Source: Promethearchaeota archaeon
GTDB taxonomy: Archaea; Asgardarchaeota; Lokiarchaeia; Sigyniarchaeales; SOKP01
Direction of reading: 5' to 3'
NCBI GenBank assembly: GCA_019058245.1
Contig: JAHPZJ010000026.1
Location: 1,671-65,670 of the forward strand
DNA: 64,000 nucleotides
Shown here: piece after piece, positions 38,770 to 49,538 of the stretch
Layout of the letters: each line of letters opens with the position of its first letter
Position numbering within the stretch: position 1 is the stretch's first letter
The notes under the pieces: generated by a model
Database searches by the model: none
What the model saw: only the letters and a program-made list of their open reading frames with translations
What the model was told of the DNA's origin: nothing
Position numbers and translations under genes: made by a program

Positions 38770-40677
38770 CTAATTAATTGAATCTTCTTTATCAAAAAAT
38801 ACACGATAAAATAGCTCTCTTTCTCCCTCTTCTGGAGGAGTTATCTTAGTATATCCCCCTTTGTGAATAACACGAATTGTACCTTTGTTTTGAATATGGA
38901 TATTCCCATAAAATCCTTTAATCCCTTTTTCTTTAGCAATAATAATTAAGTGCTGGTAGAGAAAAGTTCCAATTCCTTTCTTCCTATAGTCTTCTCTAAC
39001 TACGAAACTATATTCTGCCATGTTAGTTTTAGGATTTAAATAATATGTTGCGCTTCCAATCATTTCCTCATTATCAATTTCCCCAATGAATGCTCCTAGT
39101 GAGAAGACATTATCATAATCAATATTTACTTCATTTTGAGTTTTTGAGTGTGTGAATTCTTTTCGAAGTTCAAAAAAACGTAAATATCTATCTCTTTCAT
39201 TTAATGAGTAATATAACTCTTTAAGTGCCTGCTCATCAGTCGTTTTTACAGGACGAATGTTAACTTTTTCATTATCCCTTATTGTAAAAATAGTTTCATA
39301 TTCAAAAGGATATAAGCAAATTCGACCTTCCTCATCGCATGGAAGCATTTGATCTGAAAATATATAATTTAATCTCTTAGCCTCATCTAATAATGATTGT
39401 CGGAATTTTGGGTGTGCTATGCAAATTAATTCAAGAACTCTTTCACGAATAGTTTTTCCATGAAGATAAGCAACGCCCCATTCAGTTACAACATAATGCA
39501 CATCTCCACGAGACAGCAATATACCCGCTCCTTCATCTAAGTGAGGAACTATACGTGATTTTTCACCATCTCTAGATGTTGAGGGTATGATAATTATAGG
39601 TTTTCCTCCTTTAGAAAAAGCCGCGCCTCTCATAAAATCGATAGTTTCTCCTAAACCTGAATAAAAACTATAACCTTCTGTTGCGGCGTTTACTTGACCT
39701 GTTAAATCTATTTGTCTGGCAGAATTAATAGAAACCATCTTTTTATTCCTCCCAATTAATATTGGATTGCATACATAGTCAGATGGATAAAATTCTATAT
39801 AGGGATTATTATCAACAAACTTATATAATTTATGTGTTCCTAAAGCAAAACTAGTAATAATTTTTTCAGGATGAAAATTTTTCTTTCTACAAGTTAAAAA
39901 ACCATCTTCAATAAGAGGTATTATATTATCGGTAATGTAATGAGAGTGCATACCCAAATCTTTTTTATCCGATAAGAATGGTAAAACTGCATTTGGTAAA
40001 TCACCAAATCCAATATGAATTGTTGATTTATTTTCCACTAAATTCGCAACATTTCTTCCTATTCTTTCTGCAATTTCATCTGGTTTATCAAATTGAAACT
40101 CTAGTAGAGGAGTATCATTATAAACAAAAAAATCAATTTCTTTCATATGTATAAAACTGTTCCCTAGTGTTCTGGGCATTTGAGGGTTAATTTCAGCAAT
40201 AGTAATATAAGATGATTGAGCAATTGGTTTTGCTATATCTATATTTAGACCTAGAGAACAGAACCCATAAGGATCGGGAGGTGAAACTTGTATTAATGCT
40301 ACATCGACATGTTTTTTTCCAGTTAAAAATAGAGATGGAATTTCACTAGTGAAAATTGGGGTATAATCCGCTTGGCCTTTGTTAATTTCCTCACGAAGAG
40401 TTTTACCTATAAATAAAGCATTGTGTCTAAAAAGATCTTCAGCTTTATCCTTAAAATATTTCTCTGGGCCTATTGTTAAAAAGTGAAGAATCTCGGTATC
40501 AATTAGCTTTTCTGACTGTTTAATCAATTCTGATGTCAGTATTTGAGGTTCTGAACAACCAGAATCAATAAATACTCTATTTCCTGGAATAATTTTCTTT
40601 ATTGCTTCCTCAGCTGTAATTTCCTTGTCTTTCCACTTTTTTCTCCACTCTTCTACTATCACTTCAGAATTCATCAT
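38770..40677 (-). CDS. Acetyl-CoA hydrolase/CoA-transferase-like domains fused to a C-terminal GNAT acetyltransferase
   Basis: DVALIQVSPPDPYGFCSLG, EINPQMPRTLG, IDLTGQV, VVTEWGVAYLHGK, IAHPKFR; GNAT IRPV...YLRFF...AEYSFVVREDYRKKGIG. Confidence 0.92.
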   Translation of the reverse strand: MMNSEVIVEEWRKKWKDKEITAEEAIKKIIPGNRVFIDSGCSEPQILTSELIKQSEKLIDTEILHFLTIGPEKYFKDKAEDLFRHNALFIGKTLREEINKGQADYTPIFTSEIPSLFLTGKKHVDVALIQVSPPDPYGFCSLGLNIDIAKPIAQSSYITIAEINPQMPRTLGNSFIHMKEIDFFVYNDTPLLEFQFDKPDEIAERIGRNVANLVENKSTIHIGFGDLPNAVLPFLSDKKDLGMHSHYITDNIIPLIEDGFLTCRKKNFHPEKIITSFALGTHKLYKFVDNNPYIEFYPSDYVCNPILIGRNKKMVSINSARQIDLTGQVNAATEGYSFYSGLGETIDFMRGAAFSKGGKPIIIIPSTSRDGEKSRIVPHLDEGAGILLSRGDVHYVVTEWGVAYLHGKTIRERVLELICIAHPKFRQSLLDEAKRLNYIFSDQMLPCDEEGRICLYPFEYETIFTIRDNEKVNIRPVKTTDEQALKELYYSLNERDRYLRFFELRKEFTHSKTQNEVNIDYDNVFSLGAFIGEIDNEEMIGSATYYLNPKTNMAEYSFVVREDYRKKGIGTFLYQHLIIIAKEKGIKGFYGNIHIQNKGTIRVIHKGGYTKITPPEEGERELFYRVFFDKEDSIN

Positions 40678-41103
40678 AATTATATCTCAAAATTAAATTT
40701 TTTAATTATAAGTGCAATATCTAATCTTTTTTTTAATTATTTCCCAACAATATAATGTTTTTGAAATTATAAATATATAATTTTTGGTAGAATTAATGAC
40801 TTTAGCTTAATATAATGATCAGTAAAGACCAAATAGTTCAATTTGATACATAAAAAACATACCTATATACTTCTATTATCAGTTAGTCGAAGAAAAATTT
40901 CTATAATTATAATTAAATTATAAGTAAAATGTTTAAATGGAATTATATACATTTCCCAATTGATTAAATTCTAATCATTTACACTAGAAAAATTTAAATG
41001 TAATGCATCAAAAAAAAAAAATCTTTAAAATTATTGAAGAATTTATTAAAATTAGATATTTTAACAATTAAAATAAAAAGAAAATTTATTTAAGTGAAGA
41101 AAT

Positions 41104-43086
41104 TTGTCAAATAAAGATAAGAAAATGGAAAGCATTCTAACTGAGAATAGAATATTCGACCCAGTAAAACTGAACGAGAATTTTGCGAAGACTGGAATGT
41201 CTTTTGAAGAATATAAAAACCTTTACAAAAGATCAATCGAAGATTTAGAAGGTTTTTGGGGAGAACAAGCTAATTCTCTTGATTGGTTTACTCCATATGA
41301 AAAAGTTTGGGAAAAAACCGATTTATTTCCTGGCAAGTGGTTTAGTGGTGGTAAACTTAATGTTGCTTATAATTGTCTTGATAGGCATGTAAAAAATGGA
41401 AAAGGAGATCAAGTAGCTCTTATTTGGGAAGCTGATGAACCCGGACAAGTTAAATCTTATACTTATAAAGAATTACTTGCTGAAGTAAGTAAAACTGCTA
41501 ATGCAATGAAAAAAGCGGGATTAAAAAAAGGGGATAGAGTTACCATTTGGCTTCCTATGATTCCTGAATTAGCAATAATCATGTTAGCATGTGCTCGGAT
41601 TGGTGTTATTCATTCAATAGTATTTGGTGGATTCTCAAAAGAAGCAGTGAAAGATAGAATTGAAGATTCAAATTCTCGATTATTATTTACTAGCGATGAA
41701 ACCGCACGAGCTGGAAAATTTTATCCAAAAATGTCCGATGTAGTCCAGATTATCAATGATGTACCTACAATTGAACATGTAATTGTTGTAAAACGAACTG
41801 GAAGAGAAGTACCCCATACTGATAAAGATATTTGGTATCATGATTTTATAGAAGGAATGAGTGAGGAATGCGAACCTGAAATAATGGATTCTGAAGATAC
41901 CCTATTCATTCTTTATACTAGTGGTACAACGGGAAAACCAAAGGGAGTAAATCATACAACAGCAGGATATATATTATATACATCTTTTACTCACAAACTT
42001 GTATTCAATTATCAAGATGGAGATATCTGGTACTGTACTGCTGATATTGGATGGATCACTGGACATTCTTATATTACATATGGACCTTTAGCTAATGGTG
42101 CTACAACTCTTATGTTTGAGGGAGTTCCAACTTACCCTGATGTTGATCGATTCTGGGATATTGTTGAGCGTCATAAAGTAACTCATTTCTATACGGCCCC
42201 TACTGCAATTCGTGCTTTAATGAGATATGGTGATGAACCTGTAAAAAAACATGATCTTAGTTCCTTAAAAGTTTTAGGTACTGTTGGTGAACCTATTAAT
42301 CCAGAAGCATGGACGTGGTATCATCGTATAGTAGGTAAAGAACGTTGTCCAATTGTTGATACTTACTGGCAAACGGAGACTGGAGGTTTCATCATGACTC
42401 CTATAGCAACAGCCACACCCACTAAACCAGGATCATGCTGTCTACCATTCTTAGGTATTAAACCTGTTATTTTCGATTTGGAAGGGGAAGAAGTTACAGA
42501 ACCTCATGAAGGCGGATATTTTGCAATAGCAAGTCCTTGGCCTGGAATGTTAAGGGATGTTTGGGGCGATACTGAAAGATTTAAATCGACTTACCTTGAA
42601 CGATATCCCGGTTATTATTACACTGGTGATGGAGCACGACGAGATGAAGATGGATATTATTGGATTTTAGGTAGGTTAGATGATGTTATTAAAGTATCTG
42701 GGCATAGAATTGGTACAATGGAAGTAGAATCCGCTCTTGTGAGCCATCCTAGTGTTGCAGAAGCTGCTGTTGCGCCATTTCCACATAAAATCAAAGGACA
42801 GGCAATTTGGGCTTATGTAACTCTTATGCAGGGCGTTGAGAAATCAGCTAAATTATCTAAAGAAATAAGAATGCATGTACGGCAAGAAATCGGACCAGTT
42901 TTTCAACCTGATGTTATTCAGTTCGCTGATGCATTACCTAAAACGAGAAGTGGTAAGATTATGCGTAGAATCTTAAAAGCTATCGCAGCAGGAACGGATA
43001 TTGGAAATGTAACCACTCTAGCGGATCCCTCTGTAGTAGATGACCTACTGGAAGAACGGAAGAAAATGGATATTGAGACGGATTAA
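41104..43086 (+). CDS. acs: Acetate--CoA ligase (AMP-forming)
   Basis: YTSGTTGKPKG, DTYWQTETGG, GRLDDVIKVSGHRIG, LPKTRSGKIMRR; start is TTG 41104 or ATG 41125. Confidence 0.96.
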   Translation: MSNKDKKMESILTENRIFDPVKLNENFAKTGMSFEEYKNLYKRSIEDLEGFWGEQANSLDWFTPYEKVWEKTDLFPGKWFSGGKLNVAYNCLDRHVKNGKGDQVALIWEADEPGQVKSYTYKELLAEVSKTANAMKKAGLKKGDRVTIWLPMIPELAIIMLACARIGVIHSIVFGGFSKEAVKDRIEDSNSRLLFTSDETARAGKFYPKMSDVVQIINDVPTIEHVIVVKRTGREVPHTDKDIWYHDFIEGMSEECEPEIMDSEDTLFILYTSGTTGKPKGVNHTTAGYILYTSFTHKLVFNYQDGDIWYCTADIGWITGHSYITYGPLANGATTLMFEGVPTYPDVDRFWDIVERHKVTHFYTAPTAIRALMRYGDEPVKKHDLSSLKVLGTVGEPINPEAWTWYHRIVGKERCPIVDTYWQTETGGFIMTPIATATPTKPGSCCLPFLGIKPVIFDLEGEEVTEPHEGGYFAIASPWPGMLRDVWGDTERFKSTYLERYPGYYYTGDGARRDEDGYYWILGRLDDVIKVSGHRIGTMEVESALVSHPSVAEAAVAPFPHKIKGQAIWAYVTLMQGVEKSAKLSKEIRMHVRQEIGPVFQPDVIQFADALPKTRSGKIMRRILKAIAAGTDIGNVTTLADPSVVDDLLEERKKMDIETD

Positions 43087-43267
43087 CTCTATTTTTGTTT
43101 ATTTTTTTCATTTTTTTAAAATTCGATCATTAAAATTACATCATTATTTAGCACTTTTAGTTTATTAAGTCTCATAAAAAATAGCTATTCAAATATTTTT
43201 AGTTAGAGATATTTCTAATTTATAATAGAAAGAATAAAAAAAAATCAAAGGAATTTCGAAATATTTT

Positions 43268-44677
43268 TTACTTTCGACGATTTACAATCCTTTCAATAAG
43301 AATAATAATAATAACTATTATCGCAATTGGAGGGAATATTAATAGAAATAACCTAAATACCCATAATTCTGCTATATGTTCAGCAAGTACAAACATCAAT
43401 CCATCTATAAAAGTACTAATCAAGGAAATACATGTAAATAGAAATAAAATATTGTTCATTTTATTATCGCTTAATTCCTGCAATCTTTCTTTACCTCTAT
43501 TATGTAAATATTCAAATACATCCAATTTTTCCATAAAAAAAGCTTCCATTTGAGAATTCCTCCAACTTTCAATAGATTGTTGGTATATAAAATGGGCAAA
43601 TGGGGCTAAATTTTGTAAATAATTCGATTTATTTACAGAATACAATTCCATTTCCATTCTTAATTTATTTATCCATCTAACAGCTTTTCTTACACGTCGC
43701 TTTTGTAATCCTTGATAAGATGCAAGCTGATTCAAACGTCTATATAATATTTCATTAAAAACCTGCAGAGTACGCCATTCAATTTCCAAATATCTCAGTA
43801 TCTCTTTAGCATAATTAAATTCTTTATCATTTAATCCAGCCCATAAACTATTTCCCCATCCAATATGGACAAATCCATCTGTATCTTTTGCAAAATTTAT
43901 ACGACCTTCAGGATGACTAACTTCGATAATTTTTCTCATAATCTCATCTATAGGCAATATATCCTGTTGATTTTTTTTGTTTTTTATAAGGACTATATGA
44001 CCCCATAAGGGAATATCAGATTGTTGATTACTAAACAATTCCTCATAGTTAATTATGGGTTTTCCAATATCTAATTCATCAAAAATCTCCTTAGATATTC
44101 TAAAAACATTTTTTCCAATCGATTCAGTTTCTTTTAATAGATCCGGAAATCGTACAATTTTATCTAGTAATTTTGCCATTATTTTTTTTGGTTCTTCCTC
44201 CTGTATTTTTATGAAATCTTGTGTAAATTCTATTTCTAGCTTACAATAAATCATTCCAATACCATATTCATGAAAACTCATGGATTCAAAAATAAGTAAT
44301 GGAGGTGCTTTAAATATGTTCATTCCAATTATATCTAAAGGTAAAGTATATTTTTTTTTAACTTGAATGGTAATAATACTTTTATCTCTTTGAGTAGCAC
44401 CACTTCCTCCTGTACCTGTAAATAAAAGCTCATCTATCTCACCATGGATCATTTTTTCATCTGTTTTCGCCCACTTTTTTATACTTTCGATTGGATTAAC
44501 CTCATCCTTAAACTTTTCAATTAAAATCTGGTCAGGATAAATTTTTTCTAGTTTTAAAAAGAGAAGTTTTCTTATTTTTTCATATTTTCCAATTAAAGTA
44601 GAATAATCAAAAACCATTCTTGAATTGAAAGGAGTGATAACATAAAAAGTATCTTTTCTATCATCTACCATTTCCAT
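43268..44677 (-). CDS. Hypothetical protein with helical stalk and two C-terminal TMs (CorA/RMD1-like layout)
   Basis: Long ORF; KMNNILFLFTCISL TM entry but no GMN motif. Confidence 0.65.
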   Translation of the reverse strand: MEMVDDRKDTFYVITPFNSRMVFDYSTLIGKYEKIRKLLFLKLEKIYPDQILIEKFKDEVNPIESIKKWAKTDEKMIHGEIDELLFTGTGGSGATQRDKSIITIQVKKKYTLPLDIIGMNIFKAPPLLIFESMSFHEYGIGMIYCKLEIEFTQDFIKIQEEEPKKIMAKLLDKIVRFPDLLKETESIGKNVFRISKEIFDELDIGKPIINYEELFSNQQSDIPLWGHIVLIKNKKNQQDILPIDEIMRKIIEVSHPEGRINFAKDTDGFVHIGWGNSLWAGLNDKEFNYAKEILRYLEIEWRTLQVFNEILYRRLNQLASYQGLQKRRVRKAVRWINKLRMEMELYSVNKSNYLQNLAPFAHFIYQQSIESWRNSQMEAFFMEKLDVFEYLHNRGKERLQELSDNKMNNILFLFTCISLISTFIDGLMFVLAEHIAELWVFRLFLLIFPPIAIIVIIIILIERIVNRRK

Positions 44678-44932
44678 TATTGATTCACAATATTATAGTA
44701 TATCTAAAATTTATTATTAATAATTATATTTCTAATTAGTAAAATAATTTTGGAAAAAGAAAAGCACAAATTAATTAGAGTATTAATGAAAATTAGTAAT
44801 AAGCAATCCCAAATTTCTTTATAGATTTAGAACTATCTTTTTCATTAATATTAATAATTAATAAGGTCATAAATCTAATTTCTCAATTTAACAAAAAAAA
44901 AATGAAAATGGAAAGGTTCTTTTCTTATAAAA

Positions 44933-45481
44933 CTATGGTATTAAAAGGGGTCCTAAAAGAAAATACCATAAAAAGTATCCGAAAATACTACCTGAAAGAG
45001 CACCTACTAAGAAAGTTAACCTAACATTCTTAGGAATTTTATAAAGAGATACTAAAAGTATAGCTATACTAATAAGAGCAAATAATATTAAAAATGTTTC
45101 TGGATGAATCTTAATTATATCTGCCATTATATATTCATCGATAGTATTTGATGGAGTAATTAAATAGCTTATTAAGTTAAATATGAATCTTGCTCCCATT
45201 GATATGAAAATTAGACAGATTAAGAAATTTATATTAAAGAAGTTATTTTCAAGAATTTTTCTACTATGGTTTTTATTATAACTAACTAATAGTATAATAA
45301 AAGGAATTATACATTGGATCCAAGTTGATAAAGGACCCCCTAGAATAAAAAAGAAATATAGTGATTCTTCATTAGCAGGATTGATGGAAGTAGTTGTATA
45401 TGAATAATGGATTTGTGCTTCATATCCATTTATTATCGCAACTAGAAAATGCCCTACTTCATGGAGTAGAGTTCCAATCAT
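44933..45481 (-). CDS. Membrane protein with HExxH (peptidase M50-like); start uncertain
   Basis: LLHEVGH, LGGPLST, DE; the frame stays open about 35 codons upstream without an ATG. Confidence 0.7.
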   Translation of the reverse strand: MIGTLLHEVGHFLVAIINGYEAQIHYSYTTTSINPANEESLYFFFILGGPLSTWIQCIIPFIILLVSYNKNHSRKILENNFFNINFLICLIFISMGARFIFNLISYLITPSNTIDEYIMADIIKIHPETFLILFALISIAILLVSLYKIPKNVRLTFLVGALSGSIFGYFLWYFLLGPLLIP

Positions 45482-45942
45482 AGGAATAAATATAAAAATG
45501 CAGAATATTTTTACTATTAAAATTATATACTCATTATTCTCTATAGTTCTACTTGATATAGTTAAATTTATTTTTGAATCACTTTTTTACCCAAGTTCCA
45601 ATATCATATAATAAATTTAATTTTTCATAAACTTTTTTCCCATAAATCATCTTAACGTTAATTTTATTTTCCAATTTTCCATTCTATTGGTGCTTTCCAG
45701 ATTCATTTTTTCTTTAATACTCTCTGGAGGTGTTCAACCAAAAGCAATATGCAATGCCTCTATCCGCTTTGAAAACTTTCCACCCTCAGGTGTTCTAATA
45801 ATATATTTAGTTCATATATATCTAGTAGTAATAGTTTTTTTTTAAAAGTATAAACATAAATAAATCAATTTTTTTAAATATTTCAGAGATTTTTTGATTT
45901 TTCTTATTAGATATTCATTTTATTAATAGAAAGGTTTTAAAA

Positions 45943-47613
45943 TTGAATTTAGAGATTGAAGAATTATCTGAAAAAGTAAGAGGAATGGAATCTAAAGAAG
46001 CTGTGGAAATGCTAGTTTCATTATTTTCTACATCAAAGAATGTAGAATTGAAAATAAAGGCCGTAGATCTTTTAAATGAGCATAATGATATTGGAAATAA
46101 AAGTTTTCAAGAAATAAAAACTGTTTTTATAAAAGATCATCATCCTCGATTAAGGCTTAAATTAATTAACTTAATAGCACAATATCATCAATATGAAGGA
46201 AGTGATTTTTTAAAGGAACAGTATAAAAATTGTAAAGATGGAACAGTTCGAAAACATCTAATCAATAAAGTTGGAGAGAATAGTCTAAATGATTCAATAT
46301 CGTTTCTTATCGAATCATTAAGTGATTCTGATTTTGAAGCAAAAAGAGAAGCAATAACCCTCTTAGGAAAAACTAATGCGGCTGAAGCACTAAAACCATT
46401 GATAGATATGTTTCATTTCAGGAATGCTGATATTTATAATGCTCTGATTAATTCTATTGTAAAAATTGGAAAGAAAGGAAACTTAAAACCAATACTTGAG
46501 TATGTAGATATAGAAGATCTTTATATTAAAAGAGAGATTCCTGTGATACTTGGAAAGATAAAAAATAAGGAGAGTGAAAAAGTTTTAATAAACCTTTTAA
46601 AAGATAGAGATGCAATAATACGGAAAAATTCTGCAACGGCTTTAGAAAAAATAGTTGAATTGAAAAATATAAGGCATATTTTAGAATTATTAAAAGATGA
46701 AAATATTGAAGTAAAGAAAGAAGCTATACGAGTATTGGGTAATGTAGAGAGTAAGAGGGCTATCTCCCCTTTATTTGAAATACTCAAAGAAAATGACGTA
46801 AAACTAAGAAATCTTGCTAAAAATGCTCTTTTTAAAATTTTTGAAAAATATAAATCCTTTGATCCTATTTATGAAATAGTAAAGGGAAGAAACATTAATG
46901 CTAGGAGGGAAGCAATAAAACTATTAGGAATATTAAAAGATGTTAATGCTATTGACTTTTTGATATCTATTTTCAATAGTAAAGTAGCAAGTTTACGAGG
47001 CTCTGCTTATAGATCACTTTTAAAAATTTTAGATAACAAAATTGACAATAAAATTCTTAATGCATTATCAGACAAATCTTGGCAAGTAAGAATGTTTTGT
47101 GTCAAAATCCTAGGTGAAATTAAAGATTCACAAACATTAGATCAGATTTTTAGTTTAATTGAGGATGAACACGGGAGCGTTAGAAAATCAGCTGTTGATG
47201 CATTAATCAAATTTGAACATGAAGAAGTATTAAATTTTGCAAACAACGCTCTGAAGAGTCCAAACTGGAAGACTAGAAGAGCCGCAGTTAAAATATTATT
47301 AAGAACTGGAAGTCAGGATTCATTAAACTCTCTGATTTCATGTTTAAATGATGATGATGTATATATAAAAAGCTGGGCTGCTATGGCATTAGGAAATCTT
47401 AAGGATATAGATACTATTGAACCTTTTATCCAGCTTTTGAAAGAAAATGATGAAAAAATAAGAATATCTGCCGTAAAGGCTTTAGGTGAGATTGCAAATA
47501 AAGAATCAATTAAACCTCTCATACAAGCATTAGGAGACGATAATTGGAATGTAAGAAAAGAAATTGAGAAAGCTCTAAATAAAATTGATCCTGATTGGAT
47601 GAGCTATTTATAA
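45943..47613 (+). CDS. HEAT (PBS lyase-type) repeat protein
   Basis: Repeated LLKDxxxxVRxxAxxALG units throughout. Confidence 0.92.
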   Translation: MNLEIEELSEKVRGMESKEAVEMLVSLFSTSKNVELKIKAVDLLNEHNDIGNKSFQEIKTVFIKDHHPRLRLKLINLIAQYHQYEGSDFLKEQYKNCKDGTVRKHLINKVGENSLNDSISFLIESLSDSDFEAKREAITLLGKTNAAEALKPLIDMFHFRNADIYNALINSIVKIGKKGNLKPILEYVDIEDLYIKREIPVILGKIKNKESEKVLINLLKDRDAIIRKNSATALEKIVELKNIRHILELLKDENIEVKKEAIRVLGNVESKRAISPLFEILKENDVKLRNLAKNALFKIFEKYKSFDPIYEIVKGRNINARREAIKLLGILKDVNAIDFLISIFNSKVASLRGSAYRSLLKILDNKIDNKILNALSDKSWQVRMFCVKILGEIKDSQTLDQIFSLIEDEHGSVRKSAVDALIKFEHEEVLNFANNALKSPNWKTRRAAVKILLRTGSQDSLNSLISCLNDDDVYIKSWAAMALGNLKDIDTIEPFIQLLKENDEKIRISAVKALGEIANKESIKPLIQALGDDNWNVRKEIEKALNKIDPDWMSYL

Positions 47614-47669
47614 AGAAATTAAAAAACTTAAAAATAAATAGTAATTTTAAGACGGTTCACTACAAATTA

Positions 47670-48053
47670 TTATAATTTAATTAAGTTTTGAATGACTTCT
47701 TCTAATTGATTGAATATTAAGTTTATATTAGAAGTTTTTTTCACAATCAAAATTAAAAATGTTTTATCGTCACATTCATAGATTAGAATTGTTTTTTCTT
47801 CTAATTCGGTAATAATCTTAAGAATTCTTCTATTACCCATTGTTTCGCCAATACCTAATGCACTTTCTAAAACTGAAGCACACATAGAAGTGAAATTTTT
47901 GTTCTTAAATCCGTCTTCTGTAATTTCTGTAATTATACCCCCATCTCTATATGCATAAATTATGCATTCTAGATTTCCTTTTTGATTGAACTCAGTAAGA
48001 AGATCTTTTGCTTCTTTAGACTTTTCCAGATTTGAATTACTCATAAAATTCAT
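47670..48053 (-). CDS. Roadblock/LC7 domain protein (divergent)
   Basis: IYAYRDGGII, FTSMCASVLESA, ~120 aa. Confidence 0.8.
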   Translation of the reverse strand: MNFMSNSNLEKSKEAKDLLTEFNQKGNLECIIYAYRDGGIITEITEDGFKNKNFTSMCASVLESALGIGETMGNRRILKIITELEEKTILIYECDDKTFLILIVKKTSNINLIFNQLEEVIQNLIKL

Positions 48054-48121
48054 TAAATTATATATTTCAGTTTCTGTAAATATAGATAATTAAATAAAAC
48101 TATTTATTTATAGTAATATAT

Positions 48122-49537
48122 ATGGAAAAAGCGAATTCTCATAAAAAAATAATTCAATTAATAAAAAATTCGAATGATGAATTTATTGAAAACGAATTAC
48201 GCCCATTTTTAAGAATTCCAAGTTATACACTTAATCAGGAAGGTATTAAGCAAACTAAAAACTTTCTAGTTTCTTATATCTCCGAATTTTGCGAAGATAT
48301 AAAGGAATTTAAAGGTGAAATTAATCCTTTAATCATTGCTAACGTTGAAGGAAAAATCAAAAATCCATTACTAATTTATATGATGTATGATACTCAGCCT
48401 ATTAGTCAAGAAAATGAATGGCTTAGTAAACCTTTTGATGCAGATATTAAGATCTTATCATCTCCACTTGAGGAATTGGGCAATTGTATTATAGCTAGAG
48501 GAGCATACAATTCAAAATCTCCATTATTATGTTTTCTAAATATAATTAAAATTTTAAAAAATCAGAAAACTCTTCCTATCTCTTTATTACTACTATTTGA
48601 TGGTGATGAAGAAAATGGCTCACCTTCTTTATTAAAATTCATTGAAAATGAGAAATATAAAAAAATTTTTAAAAATTGTAGAGATGCATATTATCCTGCC
48701 AATAAACAAGATCTCAAACAAAAGTCGGTATTAAAATTAGGTTATAAAGGAATTTTATCATTGACAATAAAAATTTCATCAGAAAATAAAGAACCGCATT
48801 CCGCATTTAGTGGAATGATTCCTAATCCCGCCATCGATTTAATTTCTCTACTTAATACCATTTATTCTAATAATCAATTCAATATTGATAGTTTGAGACA
48901 TGTTTATATACCTACAAGTGAAGAACAATCTCTGTTGGAAGATCTCTATAAGAAAATTAACATTGAAGATATAAAAAAAAAAGCTGGTATAATACAAACG
49001 ATTGAAAAAGATCCTAAGAAAGCATTCACTAATTATCTGTTTAATCCCACTTTTAATATATCTACCTTAAAATCGGGATTTTTAGAAGAAGGAATAAAAA
49101 ATTATGTACCTAATCAAGCTATATGTAATATCGATATTAGATTTGCTCACGATATTTCAAATAAAATAATTTTTAAGGAAATTAAGGACAAGATTGAGAT
49201 TTTTGCTAATAGGACAAATTCTCAAATTGAAATATCTAAAAATATTGGATATGATAGGTCTCGAGTAAGGATTAATTCTCCTCTTGTTAAGAGTCTTATT
49301 AAAAGCGCAGAGTCTTTAGGATTTTCAACTGAAGTATGGCCTATAAGTGCCGCAGCAGCACCTTTGAGTAAAATTCAAAAAGAATTAGGATTAGATTTTA
49401 TTACAGGCGGATTAGGGATTGGGGGGTTCGCCCATTCAGCGAATGAATTTATTCAATATGACTCAATTATTAACACACGAATTTCAAATTATCATTTCCT
49501 TAATATATATTCAAATCTTATTACACAACAATTATAA
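48122..49537 (+). CDS. M20/M25/M40-family metallohydrolase
   Basis: YMMYDTQP, ARGAYNSKS, DGDEENGSP, AHSANE. Confidence 0.88.
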   Translation: MEKANSHKKIIQLIKNSNDEFIENELRPFLRIPSYTLNQEGIKQTKNFLVSYISEFCEDIKEFKGEINPLIIANVEGKIKNPLLIYMMYDTQPISQENEWLSKPFDADIKILSSPLEELGNCIIARGAYNSKSPLLCFLNIIKILKNQKTLPISLLLLFDGDEENGSPSLLKFIENEKYKKIFKNCRDAYYPANKQDLKQKSVLKLGYKGILSLTIKISSENKEPHSAFSGMIPNPAIDLISLLNTIYSNNQFNIDSLRHVYIPTSEEQSLLEDLYKKINIEDIKKKAGIIQTIEKDPKKAFTNYLFNPTFNISTLKSGFLEEGIKNYVPNQAICNIDIRFAHDISNKIIFKEIKDKIEIFANRTNSQIEISKNIGYDRSRVRINSPLVKSLIKSAESLGFSTEVWPISAAAAPLSKIQKELGLDFITGGLGIGGFAHSANEFIQYDSIINTRISNYHFLNIYSNLITQQL

Positions 49538-49538
49538 T

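Noticed and set aside
38721-38804. Extended N-terminus of the PHP gene given in the ORF track
   Set aside because: It overlaps the upstream gene; the family motif DYHVHS starts right after the ATG at 38720
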